A stretch of 44,060 nt of DNA from Myxococcota bacterium (GTDB lineage Bacteria > Myxococcota > UBA727 > JAHDBA01), in contig JAHDGS010000001.1 in NCBI GenBank assembly GCA_020627505.1, positions 55,659-99,718 on the forward strand. Direction: 5' to 3'. Every line of letters begins with the position of its first letter. The first letter of the stretch is position 1. Positions 1 to 8,915 of this stretch are shown here, piece by piece. Position numbers and translations under genes: made by a program. The notes below the pieces were generated by a model. It searched no databases and was not told where the DNA came from. It was given only the letters and a program-made list of their open reading frames with translations.

Positions 1-22
1 AACCATTTAACTTATGAAAAAA

Positions 23-98
23 GAAGCCGCGTTAACGCTATTGGGGTGAGGTGTCAGCGACATGTGCGATGACACCGAGGGGGATGGGACATCCCCCT
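23..98 (-). repeat. Structured dispersed repeat, copy A (three hairpins plus TTGGGGTGA box), directly 3' of groEL
   Basis: GAAGCCGCG..TTGGGGTGA-GGTGTCA(13 nt)TGACACC-GAGGGGGATG(GGA)CATCCCCCT; same architecture with compensatory changes at 40662-40759. Confidence 0.75.
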
Positions 99-104
99 TA
101 AAAG

Positions 105-1763
105 CTAAAAGCCCATACCACCCATACCGCCCATACCACCCATGCCGCCAGGTGCAGCAGGTGCAGGTGCAGCAGCTTTGTCATCAGGTGTATCAGCGAT
201 CATCGCTTCTGTTGTTAGCAATAGACCCGCAACAGATGCCGCGTTTTGAAGTGCAGTCCGTGTGACTTTAGTTGGGTCGATGACGCCCCACTTGATCATG
301 TCACCATATTTCTCAGTCGCCGCATTGAAGCCCCAAGCAACGTCTTTCGAATTCTTAACTTCATTCACAACAACAGAACCTTCCCAGCCCGCATTTTGTG
401 CGATTTGGCGAAGTGGCTCTTCAACAGCACGTTTCAACAAGTTGATACCGAATTGTTGCTCACCGGTAACTTCTGTCTTCTTAAGTGCTTTTGTTGCTGC
501 ACGAATCACAGCAACACCACCACCAGGAACAATGCCTTCTTCAACAGCAGCACGTGTCGCGTGAAGTGCGTCTTCAACGCGTGCTTTCTTTTCTTTCATT
601 TCAACTTCAGTTGCCGCACCAACTTGAACAACAGCAACACCACCAGCAAGTTTCGCCAAGCGCTCTTGTAGTTTTTCACGATCGTAATCGCTTGTTGTCT
701 CTTCAATCTGTGCACGGATTTGTTGAATGCGCGCTTGAATATCTTTACGTTTACCAGCACCATCAACAATGACTGTGTTGTCTTTATCGATCGTAACTGT
801 TTTGGCTGTACCCAAATCTGACATGGTCACGTTTTCAAGTTTCTGACCAAGATCTTCAGAAATCACTGTTCCGCCAGTCAAAATTGCGATGTCTTGAAGC
901 ATGGCTTTACGACGATCACCAAAACCAGGTGCTTTGACAGCTGCAACATTCAATGTGCCGCGTAGTTTGTTCACAACCAATGTCGCCAACGCTTCGCCTT
1001 CGATATCTTCAGCGATAATCATAAGTGGTTTACCTGTTTTGGCAACCATCTCAAGAACAGGAAGAAGCTCTTTCATGTTGGCAATTTTCTTTTCATGAAT
1101 CAAGATCGCTGGGCTCTCAAGTGCAGCTTCCATGCGCTCAGGATTTGTGACGAAGTATGGTGAAAGATAACCACGATCAAATTGCATACCTTCAACAACT
1201 TCAAGTGTTGTTTCAAGGCTTTTCGCTTCTTCAACTGTGATGACGCCTTCTTTACCAACTTTATCCATTGCTTCAGCAATGATATGGCCGATTGTGTCGT
1301 CACCATTCGCAGAAATCGTACCAACTTGCGCGATCTCTTTTTGAGATTTTGTTGGTTTTGCAATCTTATGCAATTCTTCAACGATTGATTTCACACCCTT
1401 ATCAATACCACGCTTGATTTCCATTGGGTTGTGACCCGCTGCAACAAGTTTAGAACCTTCTCTAAAAAGTGCTTGTGCAAGAACTGTTGCAGTTGTTGTT
1501 CCATCACCTGCATTATCAGAAGTTTTTGAAGCCACTTCTTTCACCATTTGCGCACCCATGTTTGCAAATTTTTCTTCAAGTTCGATTTCTTTCGCAACTG
1601 TCACACCGTCTTTTGTAATCGTTGGTGCACCGAAGCTTTTTTCGATAACGACATTACGTCCTTTTGGTCCAAGTGTGACTTTCACTGCGTTTGCAAGTGT
1701 GTCGATACCAGTCAACATTTTGTCGCGAGCTGTCGAATCAAAAATAATTGTTTTTGCTGCCAT
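105..1763 (-). CDS. groL: Chaperonin GroEL
   Basis: [25 protein letters not shown]-terminal GGM repeats; 552 aa. Confidence 0.99.
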   Translation of the reverse strand: MAAKTIIFDSTARDKMLTGIDTLANAVKVTLGPKGRNVVIEKSFGAPTITKDGVTVAKEIELEEKFANMGAQMVKEVASKTSDNAGDGTTTATVLAQALFREGSKLVAAGHNPMEIKRGIDKGVKSIVEELHKIAKPTKSQKEIAQVGTISANGDDTIGHIIAEAMDKVGKEGVITVEEAKSLETTLEVVEGMQFDRGYLSPYFVTNPERMEAALESPAILIHEKKIANMKELLPVLEMVAKTGKPLMIIAEDIEGEALATLVVNKLRGTLNVAAVKAPGFGDRRKAMLQDIAILTGGTVISEDLGQKLENVTMSDLGTAKTVTIDKDNTVIVDGAGKRKDIQARIQQIRAQIEETTSDYDREKLQERLAKLAGGVAVVQVGAATEVEMKEKKARVEDALHATRAAVEEGIVPGGGVAVIRAATKALKKTEVTGEQQFGINLLKRAVEEPLRQIAQNAGWEGSVVVNEVKNSKDVAWGFNAATEKYGDMIKWGVIDPTKVTRTALQNAASVAGLLLTTEAMIADTPDDKAAAPAPAAPGGMGGMGGMGGMGF

Positions 1764-1808
1764 TTTATTCTCCGTTTAAAATCTTAAATATTTAATTGTT
1801 GTTGATGT

Positions 1809-2105
1809 TTATTTAATAATGCCAAGAATATCGTCTTCACGAAGAAGGATGTACTCTTTACCATCAATTTTCACTTCAGTTTCTGCATATTTTGAAAACA
1901 AAACTTTGTCATTCTTTTTAACATTCATTTGTTTGATTGTGCCATCTGTGTTGCTTTTGCCTGGGCCAACAGCGACGACTTTACCTTCAAGCGGCTTGTC
2001 TTTTGCTGAATCAGGGATGATGATTCCGCCGGCTGTGGTTGTTGTACTTTCAATACGCTCAAGAAGAACACGATCGTTTAATGGGGTGAAATTCAAAGTT
2101 GCCAT
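1809..2105 (-). CDS. groS: Co-chaperonin GroES
   Basis: PLNDRVL, TAGGIIIPDSAK, REDDILG; upstream of groL; AGGAG RBS. Confidence 0.99.
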   Translation of the reverse strand: MATLNFTPLNDRVLLERIESTTTTAGGIIIPDSAKDKPLEGKVVAVGPGKSNTDGTIKQMNVKKNDKVLFSKYAETEVKIDGKEYILLREDDILGIIK

Positions 2106-2166
2106 TTCAATTACTCCTGCCCGCGAAATGTTGATCGAATGCGCGCGGGATCACATTCACGGGGCC

Positions 2167-2194
2167 AAGGTAACCACAGAAGATATCTGGTCAA
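2167..2194 (-). promoter_or_regulatory. Possible sigma70-type promoter of groESL
   Basis: TTGACC-16 nt-TACCTT on the minus strand about 60 nt upstream of groS. Confidence 0.35.
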
Positions 2195-2369
2195 CACCTT
2201 CATTTTATCCTTTCAATGATATCAGCTGAAAGGTCAATCGAAGTAAATGATGCGGTTAATACAACTACTCTATTTTATTAGATAAAATCGTTCGATATCT
2301 ACCAGATGAGATAAACGTGCATTTTTTTAGTTTGATCTGACTCAAAATAGTATGAAAATGTTCACATTT

Positions 2370-2399
2370 TTGCAGATCTCTCAGCCGATTTGCTAAAAT
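2370..2399 (+). promoter_or_regulatory. Possible sigma70 promoter with extended -10, overlapped by an imperfect inverted repeat
   Basis: TTGCAG-18 nt-TAAAAT with TGn before -10; GCAGATC-N8-GATTTGC palindrome overlaps it. Confidence 0.35.
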
Positions 2400-2416
2400 A
2401 TATAAAGAGGTGAGTA

Positions 2417-2965
2417 ATGACAGTCTTGACTGTATCCGATGTCAGCATGTTTTTTAAAAAAGCAATTGATGAAGCCGATCATGACCTTGGTACAGGCCTG
2501 ACAGAAGCCACAAAAGCATATTTACTTGGGCTTTTGTCTGACCCAACACACACCGAGAAACTTGACTTTGAGACCATCGCCTTTGCGACTTGGTTTGAAA
2601 GAGCAGATGCGGCAACAAAAACAGAAGCACTTGAAATATATAGGAATATTGGCGACACAACCTTGTATAGAGCCGGTATGCTCAATGCGTATGATACCCA
2701 TAAATGCTTATCGCCTGAATACTTTTCAGATATTGGTTGCATTGCTTATCAACGTCTCGCTGGCTTACTTCAAAAACGTTCGGCAGTCCAAGCAACTGTT
2801 TTTGATGAGTTATCAGGGCGTTTTGAGGATTTAATTTCTTTATTGCGTTCAGTGGTTGGTGCCCATTCGAAAAGTGATAAAGAACGACTTCGAGACGAAA
2901 TTGAACGGCTGATGCGGCCAGATTCGTTCCTAATTATTTCTCCACAAGGCAAACTCGTTCATTAG
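2417..2965 (+). CDS. Conserved hypothetical helical protein divergent from groES
   Basis: GAGGTG RBS; motifs YRNIGDTTLY.AG, YFSDIG..AY..LA, VFDELS.RF resemble an uncharacterised proteobacterial family. Confidence 0.8.
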   Translation: MTVLTVSDVSMFFKKAIDEADHDLGTGLTEATKAYLLGLLSDPTHTEKLDFETIAFATWFERADAATKTEALEIYRNIGDTTLYRAGMLNAYDTHKCLSPEYFSDIGCIAYQRLAGLLQKRSAVQATVFDELSGRFEDLISLLRSVVGAHSKSDKERLRDEIERLMRPDSFLIISPQGKLVH

Positions 2966-3050
2966 TTGCGAAACGCGGGCTTGCGCTTTTCCAAGATTTT
3001 GTTAACACAACGCATTCTAAAAGATCTCAATGATCTGGGAGTCAATAATT

Positions 3051-3434
3051 ATGTCACGTTTATCAAATTCACACATGACCGAGTACGAAACACTCGCAGT
3101 TTTAATTCCGACTGCTGAAGAGTCACAAATCAAGTCTTTTATTGAACGATCGCGCACACTCATTGAAAAAAATGGTGGTAAGCATATTCAAGCGCAAAAC
3201 TGGGGAATCAAAAAGCTCGGTTGGGAACGCGATGGTCAAACAAAAGGTATTTACATTCAACACCGCTACCTTGGAAAAGGTGGATTGGTCAGCGAATATG
3301 AAAGAACGTTGAAGATCGACGAATCAGTTATGCTCCGTCAAACAATTGCCCTCCGAAAAGGCGTTGTGTCAGATACAGTTGAAACATTAAATGATGAATT
3401 AAAGCCTAAGAAAGACGAACCGTCTGCAGCTTAG
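3051..3434 (+). CDS. rpsF: 30S ribosomal protein S6
   Basis: EYETLAVL.P, WGIKKL, G.Y, E.ERTLKIDESVMLR; GGGAG RBS before ATG 3051. Confidence 0.93.
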   Translation: MSRLSNSHMTEYETLAVLIPTAEESQIKSFIERSRTLIEKNGGKHIQAQNWGIKKLGWERDGQTKGIYIQHRYLGKGGLVSEYERTLKIDESVMLRQTIALRKGVVSDTVETLNDELKPKKDEPSAA

Positions 3435-3452
3435 TCTACGAGGAGAAATAAA

Positions 3453-4055
3453 ATGGCATCTCAAATGCAAGTTATTTTAGCGCGAGACGTTCCAAACCTT
3501 GGCCGCGTTGGTGAACTCCACACAGTCAAAGCGGGCTATGCGCGTAACTACTTACTGCCACAAGGCATGGCGATGATGGCGTCGCTGAAGAAAGTAAATG
3601 AGTTTGAACACAAGAAACAATTGATTGCACATCGCATGAAACTTTTGAGAAGCGGCTCGGAACGAAAAGCTGCTGAACTCGAAAAAATTCAGGTCACCTG
3701 TACAGTTAAAGTTGGTCATAATGATAAGCTCTTTGGCTCAGTGACAGCTCGAGAAATCGCTTCTCAACTCGCTGGTCTTGGCTATGTAATTGATCACCGT
3801 GATTTAAAAATAGATGGACCATTGAAATCATTGGGTCTACATGAAATTGCATTGCGTCTCGAAGCTGATGTCAACACGACTATTAAGGTCGTTGTTGTTG
3901 GCGAAAAAATCGATGCAGAAGTTGAAGAAGAAGAGATCAACGAAGATGAGAAACTTGCTGCTGAATCAGCAGATGGAAACATCGATGTTGACGCAGAAGA
4001 GGCAGCTCTTGATGCGCCAGAATCTTCTGAAGTTGAGACTTCAGTTGAAGCTTAG
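3453..4055 (+). CDS. rplI: 50S ribosomal protein L9 with acidic C-terminal extension
   Basis: MQVIL..DVPNLG..G, VKAGYARNYLLP, KLFGSVT. Confidence 0.98.
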   Translation: MASQMQVILARDVPNLGRVGELHTVKAGYARNYLLPQGMAMMASLKKVNEFEHKKQLIAHRMKLLRSGSERKAAELEKIQVTCTVKVGHNDKLFGSVTAREIASQLAGLGYVIDHRDLKIDGPLKSLGLHEIALRLEADVNTTIKVVVVGEKIDAEVEEEEINEDEKLAAESADGNIDVDAEEAALDAPESSEVETSVEA

Positions 4056-4076
4056 AGCAGATTCCACACAGAGAAG

Positions 4077-4101
4077 AAGCTTCCTTAGGGGAGCTTTTTT
4101 T
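4077..4101 (+). terminator. Intrinsic terminator after rplI
   Basis: AAGCTTCC-TTAG-GGGAGCTT hairpin ending in a T run. Confidence 0.75.
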
Positions 4102-4407
4102 GTGTCGTCATCTGTGTTCTTTTTAAGTGCGCTATGGGCTTGTGGTGAAAACGCAATTCCAGCTCGACTCACTGATATTGAAGAACGAACAGGTGACGCC
4201 TATAATGGAGAATATATATTTCAACTCAACTGCCAAATCTGTCATGGGCAAAATGAGAATAATACACTGCCATTAGATGGTTCTATCGAGAAAATGGAAT
4301 ATGCCAACATTCTTTTGAATGGCCGCGGGCAAATGCCACAGTTTAGGGATGTCTTAACTAACCAACAAATTGTAGATGTGATTGAATATATTCGAGATAA
4401 ATTTTAG
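4102..4407 (+). CDS. Monoheme class I cytochrome c lipoprotein (start uncertain: 4102, 4045 or 4012)
   Basis: LWAC lipobox, CQICH heme motif, GRGQMP axial Met, LT.QQI.DV.EYI C-terminal helix. Confidence 0.85.
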   Translation: MSSSVFFLSALWACGENAIPARLTDIEERTGDAYNGEYIFQLNCQICHGQNENNTLPLDGSIEKMEYANILLNGRGQMPQFRDVLTNQQIVDVIEYIRDKF

Positions 4408-5306
4408 GTTTCTATAGACAGCACAAATAAAGTCCCCATCGTAAACCGTGGGTTCACTTCATTCACTGGGCGAAGCTGTTCATCCCCCGAAGCGCTCCGA
4501 TAAGTAAACCCGTCTAGGCCAAGGGGACCGTAATAGCCCTCTTGTTTTATCTGCTCGACAATATCTCGATGCATTGTAAGCGCATCTTGAAGTATCACTT
4601 GTGAAGGCAATCTAGGCAACCACTTGTGGCCGCGGCATAGACCATGTTTCGTCATATCCTGTTTCAACATGGCCAAATAATCGATATGCCCATTTTCATG
4701 AATCCACCACTGTGTGCTGAAATCCATCATTCTCTCAACCCAGGGCTCAAGTATAAATCCCCCCTGCTCCATCAATCTTGCAAATGAACGAACTTGATCT
4801 CTTATCAACATATCCAATCCTAAGACCGATTGTGTCTGCACATCATCAAGATAAGTAAAGCCACGCCCACTTGTGCCGAATCTTGGTTTCAGAACCCATC
4901 TATCAAACTGTGGGTGCCCGATGATATGGGTTTTCATATCAGCCATGCATTGTAGTGCATTTTGAAGCTCATCTGGCGAAAAGGACTGCGAGACGTTCCA
5001 AGTCGAATCGGATCGAAGTGTCCACGCCTTATCAGAAAGACTATTCACAACTGCCGAATCCGAACCAAATAGAACGCCTTTTGCTCCCTGAATATATTGA
5101 TGCACATCTCGATTATTTAGCCAGGCGACCCAACTGTCTTCAGGAATCCAGCTCTTCTTTTTGACTTCTTTGATTGTTGCAAGAAATTGTGTCTTCATTT
5201 GAAAAAAAAGCACACTGTCGGGATCAATTGGAGAACGTTTATCTTCCCCACCAATATTGATGATGCAATGATGCTCTTTCAAGATATATCTGTGAAAAGG
5301 ACGCAT
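4404..5306 (-). CDS. ATP-grasp fold protein, putative amino-acid/peptide ligase
   Basis: WVLKPRFGTSGRG, FILEPWVER..DFS, GYYGPLGLD, EVNPRFTMG. Confidence 0.8.
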   Translation of the reverse strand: MRPFHRYILKEHHCIINIGGEDKRSPIDPDSVLFFQMKTQFLATIKEVKKKSWIPEDSWVAWLNNRDVHQYIQGAKGVLFGSDSAVVNSLSDKAWTLRSDSTWNVSQSFSPDELQNALQCMADMKTHIIGHPQFDRWVLKPRFGTSGRGFTYLDDVQTQSVLGLDMLIRDQVRSFARLMEQGGFILEPWVERMMDFSTQWWIHENGHIDYLAMLKQDMTKHGLCRGHKWLPRLPSQVILQDALTMHRDIVEQIKQEGYYGPLGLDGFTYRSASGDEQLRPVNEVNPRFTMGTLFVLSIET

Positions 5307-5315
5307 GACTGGCCT

Positions 5316-6206
5316 TTATATATGCTGATTAGTTTGTCGTTCTTTTTCGTGCCGATGTCTGAGTTTTGCATCAAACATATCGCGAGACATGGTTTTTGAT
5401 GACCGAATATAATCGATAAAATCATCACTGAGACCTGCTGCCTTTCGACTCTTTCGGTCAAAAGTGCGGCCCTTTGCACGGGCACCACATAATGGAAAAG
5501 GCACAGCATCTTCATATGCGGCAATATCATTTGATTGGTCGGTTAATTTCTTCAACCAGTGTTGTGCAAATTTCACATGTCCAACTTCATCATCATGAAC
5601 AATCTGAATCAATCGAGCGCTCTCATCATCACCGGCCGCTTTAAATGCATCGCGATACATTAAAGATAGGTCGAGGTTGGCTTGTTCGAGCGTCAGTCCC
5701 ATTGCAGCCAAAAATGATTTAACACCTTCAAGACCTGGACGATGGGTCGGTACCGTACGCCAAAAATAATCAGGTAAACCATGTTGACCAAAGATATGAC
5801 CGAAGTCTCTTAACCGTTCTAAGTACATCCGACAGTGTTGCTGTTCTTCTTCAAGAATGATGAGCCAACCTCGGAGTATCGGCTTTGGCGCATCAGCATA
5901 TGCACAGATGGCCCACGCAAATAACTCAACAGCCATCAACTCGTGATTTGCAAAACGTTCAATGCATACGGCACGGGCTGATACTTCTGTTAAAGCTGAG
6001 AGTTTAGGCATCGCCATTTTTTTATCGCGCATACTGATAGATTGATGGCGGTTGGGCCGCTCGATGCGGAAAGGTAAACCTGGATACACATCTTCGAATG
6101 ACAATAATTCACCATCATCAGTTCGCGGTGGTTTCAACTTGTGTTCAAGCGAATCAGCACAAAGTAATTGCTCACAAAAAACATAAGGCGAATTGGTCTT
6201 TGTCAT
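5316..6206 (-). CDS. DUF455-family ferritin-like diiron protein
   Basis: FANHELMAVE, EEEQQH, LTLEQANLD, DDEVGHV carboxylate/His ligand pattern; R..AGLS.DFI tail. Confidence 0.85.
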   Translation of the reverse strand: MTKTNSPYVFCEQLLCADSLEHKLKPPRTDDGELLSFEDVYPGLPFRIERPNRHQSISMRDKKMAMPKLSALTEVSARAVCIERFANHELMAVELFAWAICAYADAPKPILRGWLIILEEEQQHCRMYLERLRDFGHIFGQHGLPDYFWRTVPTHRPGLEGVKSFLAAMGLTLEQANLDLSLMYRDAFKAAGDDESARLIQIVHDDEVGHVKFAQHWLKKLTDQSNDIAAYEDAVPFPLCGARAKGRTFDRKSRKAAGLSDDFIDYIRSSKTMSRDMFDAKLRHRHEKERQTNQHI

Positions 6207-7057
6207 GCCGATAATTGGCCTGTTAGACTGTCTAGCTCACTTTGGGCAAGCTTTGCATAAGGTGTTGAACCTGATTGAATCTTTTGAAATTCAGCCACCG
6301 CTTCACTTCGATGCCCAAGAGATAGCAGTGCTCGCCCCAGGTGATACCGGGTAAACTCGACATCGCCTTCTCGAAGATTCTTGCTTTGTTTGAGGGCCCG
6401 AGACAAAACTGTAATGGCTTCATTAGGTTCTTGACGCGCAAGATGAACAACACCAAGTGTTCGTAACGCATATTGTTTATCAGCGGGCGCAGCAAGCTCA
6501 AGGGCTTGCTCACCATACTCAAGCGCAACATCAAGGTCGACTTCAAGCTTCGCCAGTGTGTAGGCATAATTATTATACCATAAGGCACGATCTTCAGGGA
6601 CGAGTATACTTGGCTCTAAGTCATCGAGCGCCATACGGGCACGATCGTATAAGCGCTGCTCACAATAAATCGCCGCAGGGACAAGTTTCGCAGCATGATC
6701 GTCAGTATGAACCATCATATGGTTTTTAAGCGCATGCTCTGCTTCTGAAAAATCTCCCGCCGTAAAAAGGCTCGCGATCAATAAACGACTCGCTTGCGCA
6801 TTGTCGTTTTGAAGTAATAAGACACGACGACTGGCTTCAATCGCTTTTTGATGATCACTACGCTGATGTGCTTCAATTGCTTCACGCAACAACATTTCGG
6901 CATAAGCATCTCTTGTTCTGCCTGGGAGACGCTTCGGATCTGTCGTCCACGCCGCTTTCAACTTATTCCGCCTTAAAACATAAGACCCCAGAACGACTGG
7001 CGCGTAAACAACTGCAGAGCCTGCGATCAAAACGCCTAAAATAACGAGTAAAGACAT
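6203..7057 (-). CDS. Membrane-anchored TPR protein
   Basis: N-terminal hydrophobic helix; TPR signatures (YNNYAYTLA, TLGVVHL, YHLGRALL); ATGA overlap with the DUF455 gene. Confidence 0.85.
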   Translation of the reverse strand: MSLLVILGVLIAGSAVVYAPVVLGSYVLRRNKLKAAWTTDPKRLPGRTRDAYAEMLLREAIEAHQRSDHQKAIEASRRVLLLQNDNAQASRLLIASLFTAGDFSEAEHALKNHMMVHTDDHAAKLVPAAIYCEQRLYDRARMALDDLEPSILVPEDRALWYNNYAYTLAKLEVDLDVALEYGEQALELAAPADKQYALRTLGVVHLARQEPNEAITVLSRALKQSKNLREGDVEFTRYHLGRALLSLGHRSEAVAEFQKIQSGSTPYAKLAQSELDSLTGQLSA

Positions 7058-7148
7058 GCTTATTTATAGATCAAGTTACTGCAAAAAATCACGCTTTTTC
7101 GGTCAAAGATCCGATATGCAACATGTAATTCCTTGGCATAATTAAAGG

Positions 7149-7832
7149 ATGTGGGGAAAAAACGACCATCTAAAACAATTACGATTCTGTTCTATTATTT
7201 TTTTGAGCATATTCGGATGTGCCGAAGAGGAACTGGATGACGCCCAGACTAATAATACCAATGTCACGCTTGAGGGCTGTGCCGAAAGTGAGCATCTCTG
7301 TTCAGATGGGTCACGTGTTCCAGTGATGTTAGATTGTTCATATACGTGTCCTGACGAGAATATGATGCCAGAAGATCCACCTGATTTATGTATTGATACA
7401 GGCGGCCAATATGGAGAGGCATGCGAATTTAAATGTGGTACCGATATCGGGGTCTGTCTCGAGCCACAAGAGGTGTGCCTTTGTTCTCCAGGGCGGCGTT
7501 TCGATGCAACAAATGGCTGCGTGGACGATCCTGATTGCGGAAGTGCAACAACCGCAGATGCAAACAGATGTCGAGAAACCGGCGGAACGTGGTGGTACGA
7601 TGCCTGCGATAACTTCAATTGCGGCTCGCCTGCAACATGTGATGAAAACGCTCCACACGTCGGCGCATGCCAATGCGAGTTTGATCAAAACTTCAATTCA
7701 CAGCAAGGCTGCATATCGGATGTAAGTTGTGATAGTGAAGTCCTTGAAGGATGCCGTGAGGACAATGATTGTCCACTCGGGCAACAGTGTGACCTCGGTT
7801 TTACTGGAATGCCGCCTGGGATTTGTTACTGA
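7149..7832 (+). CDS. Cysteine-rich lipoprotein with two tandem C..TGG modules
   Basis: IFGC lipobox; many Cys; repeated C..TGG.(Y/W)...C..F.CG...C.C....F....GC..D..C. Confidence 0.85.
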   Translation: MWGKNDHLKQLRFCSIIFLSIFGCAEEELDDAQTNNTNVTLEGCAESEHLCSDGSRVPVMLDCSYTCPDENMMPEDPPDLCIDTGGQYGEACEFKCGTDIGVCLEPQEVCLCSPGRRFDATNGCVDDPDCGSATTADANRCRETGGTWWYDACDNFNCGSPATCDENAPHVGACQCEFDQNFNSQQGCISDVSCDSEVLEGCREDNDCPLGQQCDLGFTGMPPGICY

Positions 7833-8887
7833 GCTTGACTGGGTTGCTTCGCCATCAGATGTAAGTCAATCCGCTCTTGAATCGCATCCGGACTATTTTC
7901 GCCATCGTAGACATAACCATCAATATACATTGAGGGTGTGCCACGGACTCCCAGTGTCTTGCCCAATTCAAGATCTGCTTGAATACGTTCGTGCATCGAC
8001 GAAGCACCGACACACATTTTGAACGCTTCAATATCAAGCCCTATCTCAACTGCTTTATTTTCGTAGAAGGTCGCACCAAGCTCAGATTGGTTCATATAAA
8101 GTTGGCGTTTATAGTCGGTAAATCGGCCTTGTTGATGTGCACACATCGAAGCGATCGCCGCCGAGAAAGCATGCTCATGAAAACTTAATGGAAAGTGGAC
8201 AAACTCAACTTTTAGATTCTCTTTATTTTTTAGTGCCAAGATATCAAAAAGTTGATCTGCTCGGGCGCAATACGGGCATTGAAAATCTGTGAATACAGTC
8301 AGTGTAACAGGAGATTGTTCTGAACCAATGAACGGTGTGTCCGAGGCCACATTCAACGCCGCATCACCAGGATACCAGGATGCAAATGGCAGTTTTAAAT
8401 CATGCGCAGCTTCAAGCCTCTTTGTCTCTGTTGTGAGGTCTTCGCCTGATTTATAACTAATATATTCCTGCAAAATACGTGGCTTAAGGGTTTCGAAATC
8501 GTTTTCGTGCCCACCCAGGTTTTTGAAAAAAGTCAGTAGCGTCTCGTCTGATGCAGCAGAATGGATGGCTTCTCGCTCTTTCAAATAAGCTTCAATACCA
8601 TCTTTCAAAACAGGATCTGACGACATCCATTTGTTCTTAAAGTATGCTTGAATACTCTTGGCCCTTTCAAGTGCATGTGCGTAGCGTAAAGCCTGTTCTG
8701 TTGCCGATAGACTATCGAATAGTTCTGGTTCGCGTGTTGCGTCGATGATTTGGCCGTCAACAATGATTTGACTTTCTGTGACAGTCGATGTTCGATCGGC
8801 TTCTGTTGACGAGGCTGTCGATGTATGTTTCGTGGTCTGACAAGATATCAATAATACGAGTACAAAATAAATAACGATTCGATGCAT
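7826..8887 (-). CDS. DsbA-family thioredoxin-fold lipoprotein
   Basis: LISC lipobox after start MHRIV (8887); FTDFQCPYC, HFPL.FH, GTP cis-Pro motif. Confidence 0.92.
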   Translation of the reverse strand: MHRIVIYFVLVLLISCQTTKHTSTASSTEADRTSTVTESQIIVDGQIIDATREPELFDSLSATEQALRYAHALERAKSIQAYFKNKWMSSDPVLKDGIEAYLKEREAIHSAASDETLLTFFKNLGGHENDFETLKPRILQEYISYKSGEDLTTETKRLEAAHDLKLPFASWYPGDAALNVASDTPFIGSEQSPVTLTVFTDFQCPYCARADQLFDILALKNKENLKVEFVHFPLSFHEHAFSAAIASMCAHQQGRFTDYKRQLYMNQSELGATFYENKAVEIGLDIEAFKMCVGASSMHERIQADLELGKTLGVRGTPSMYIDGYVYDGENSPDAIQERIDLHLMAKQPSQAQ

Positions 8888-8915
8888 AGAAAATCCTTTA
8901 GTACACTGAATGACC

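Noticed and set aside
105-180. Short tandem repeats at the groL 3' end
   Set aside because: They encode the normal (GGM)n tail and an Ala/Pro linker.
2106-2416. CIRCE element or RNA thermometer upstream of groES
   Set aside because: Only TGCTAA matches the right arm and the left arm is poor. The CCCGCG/CGCGGG hairpin (2120-2149) ends before the AGGAG and does not occlude it.
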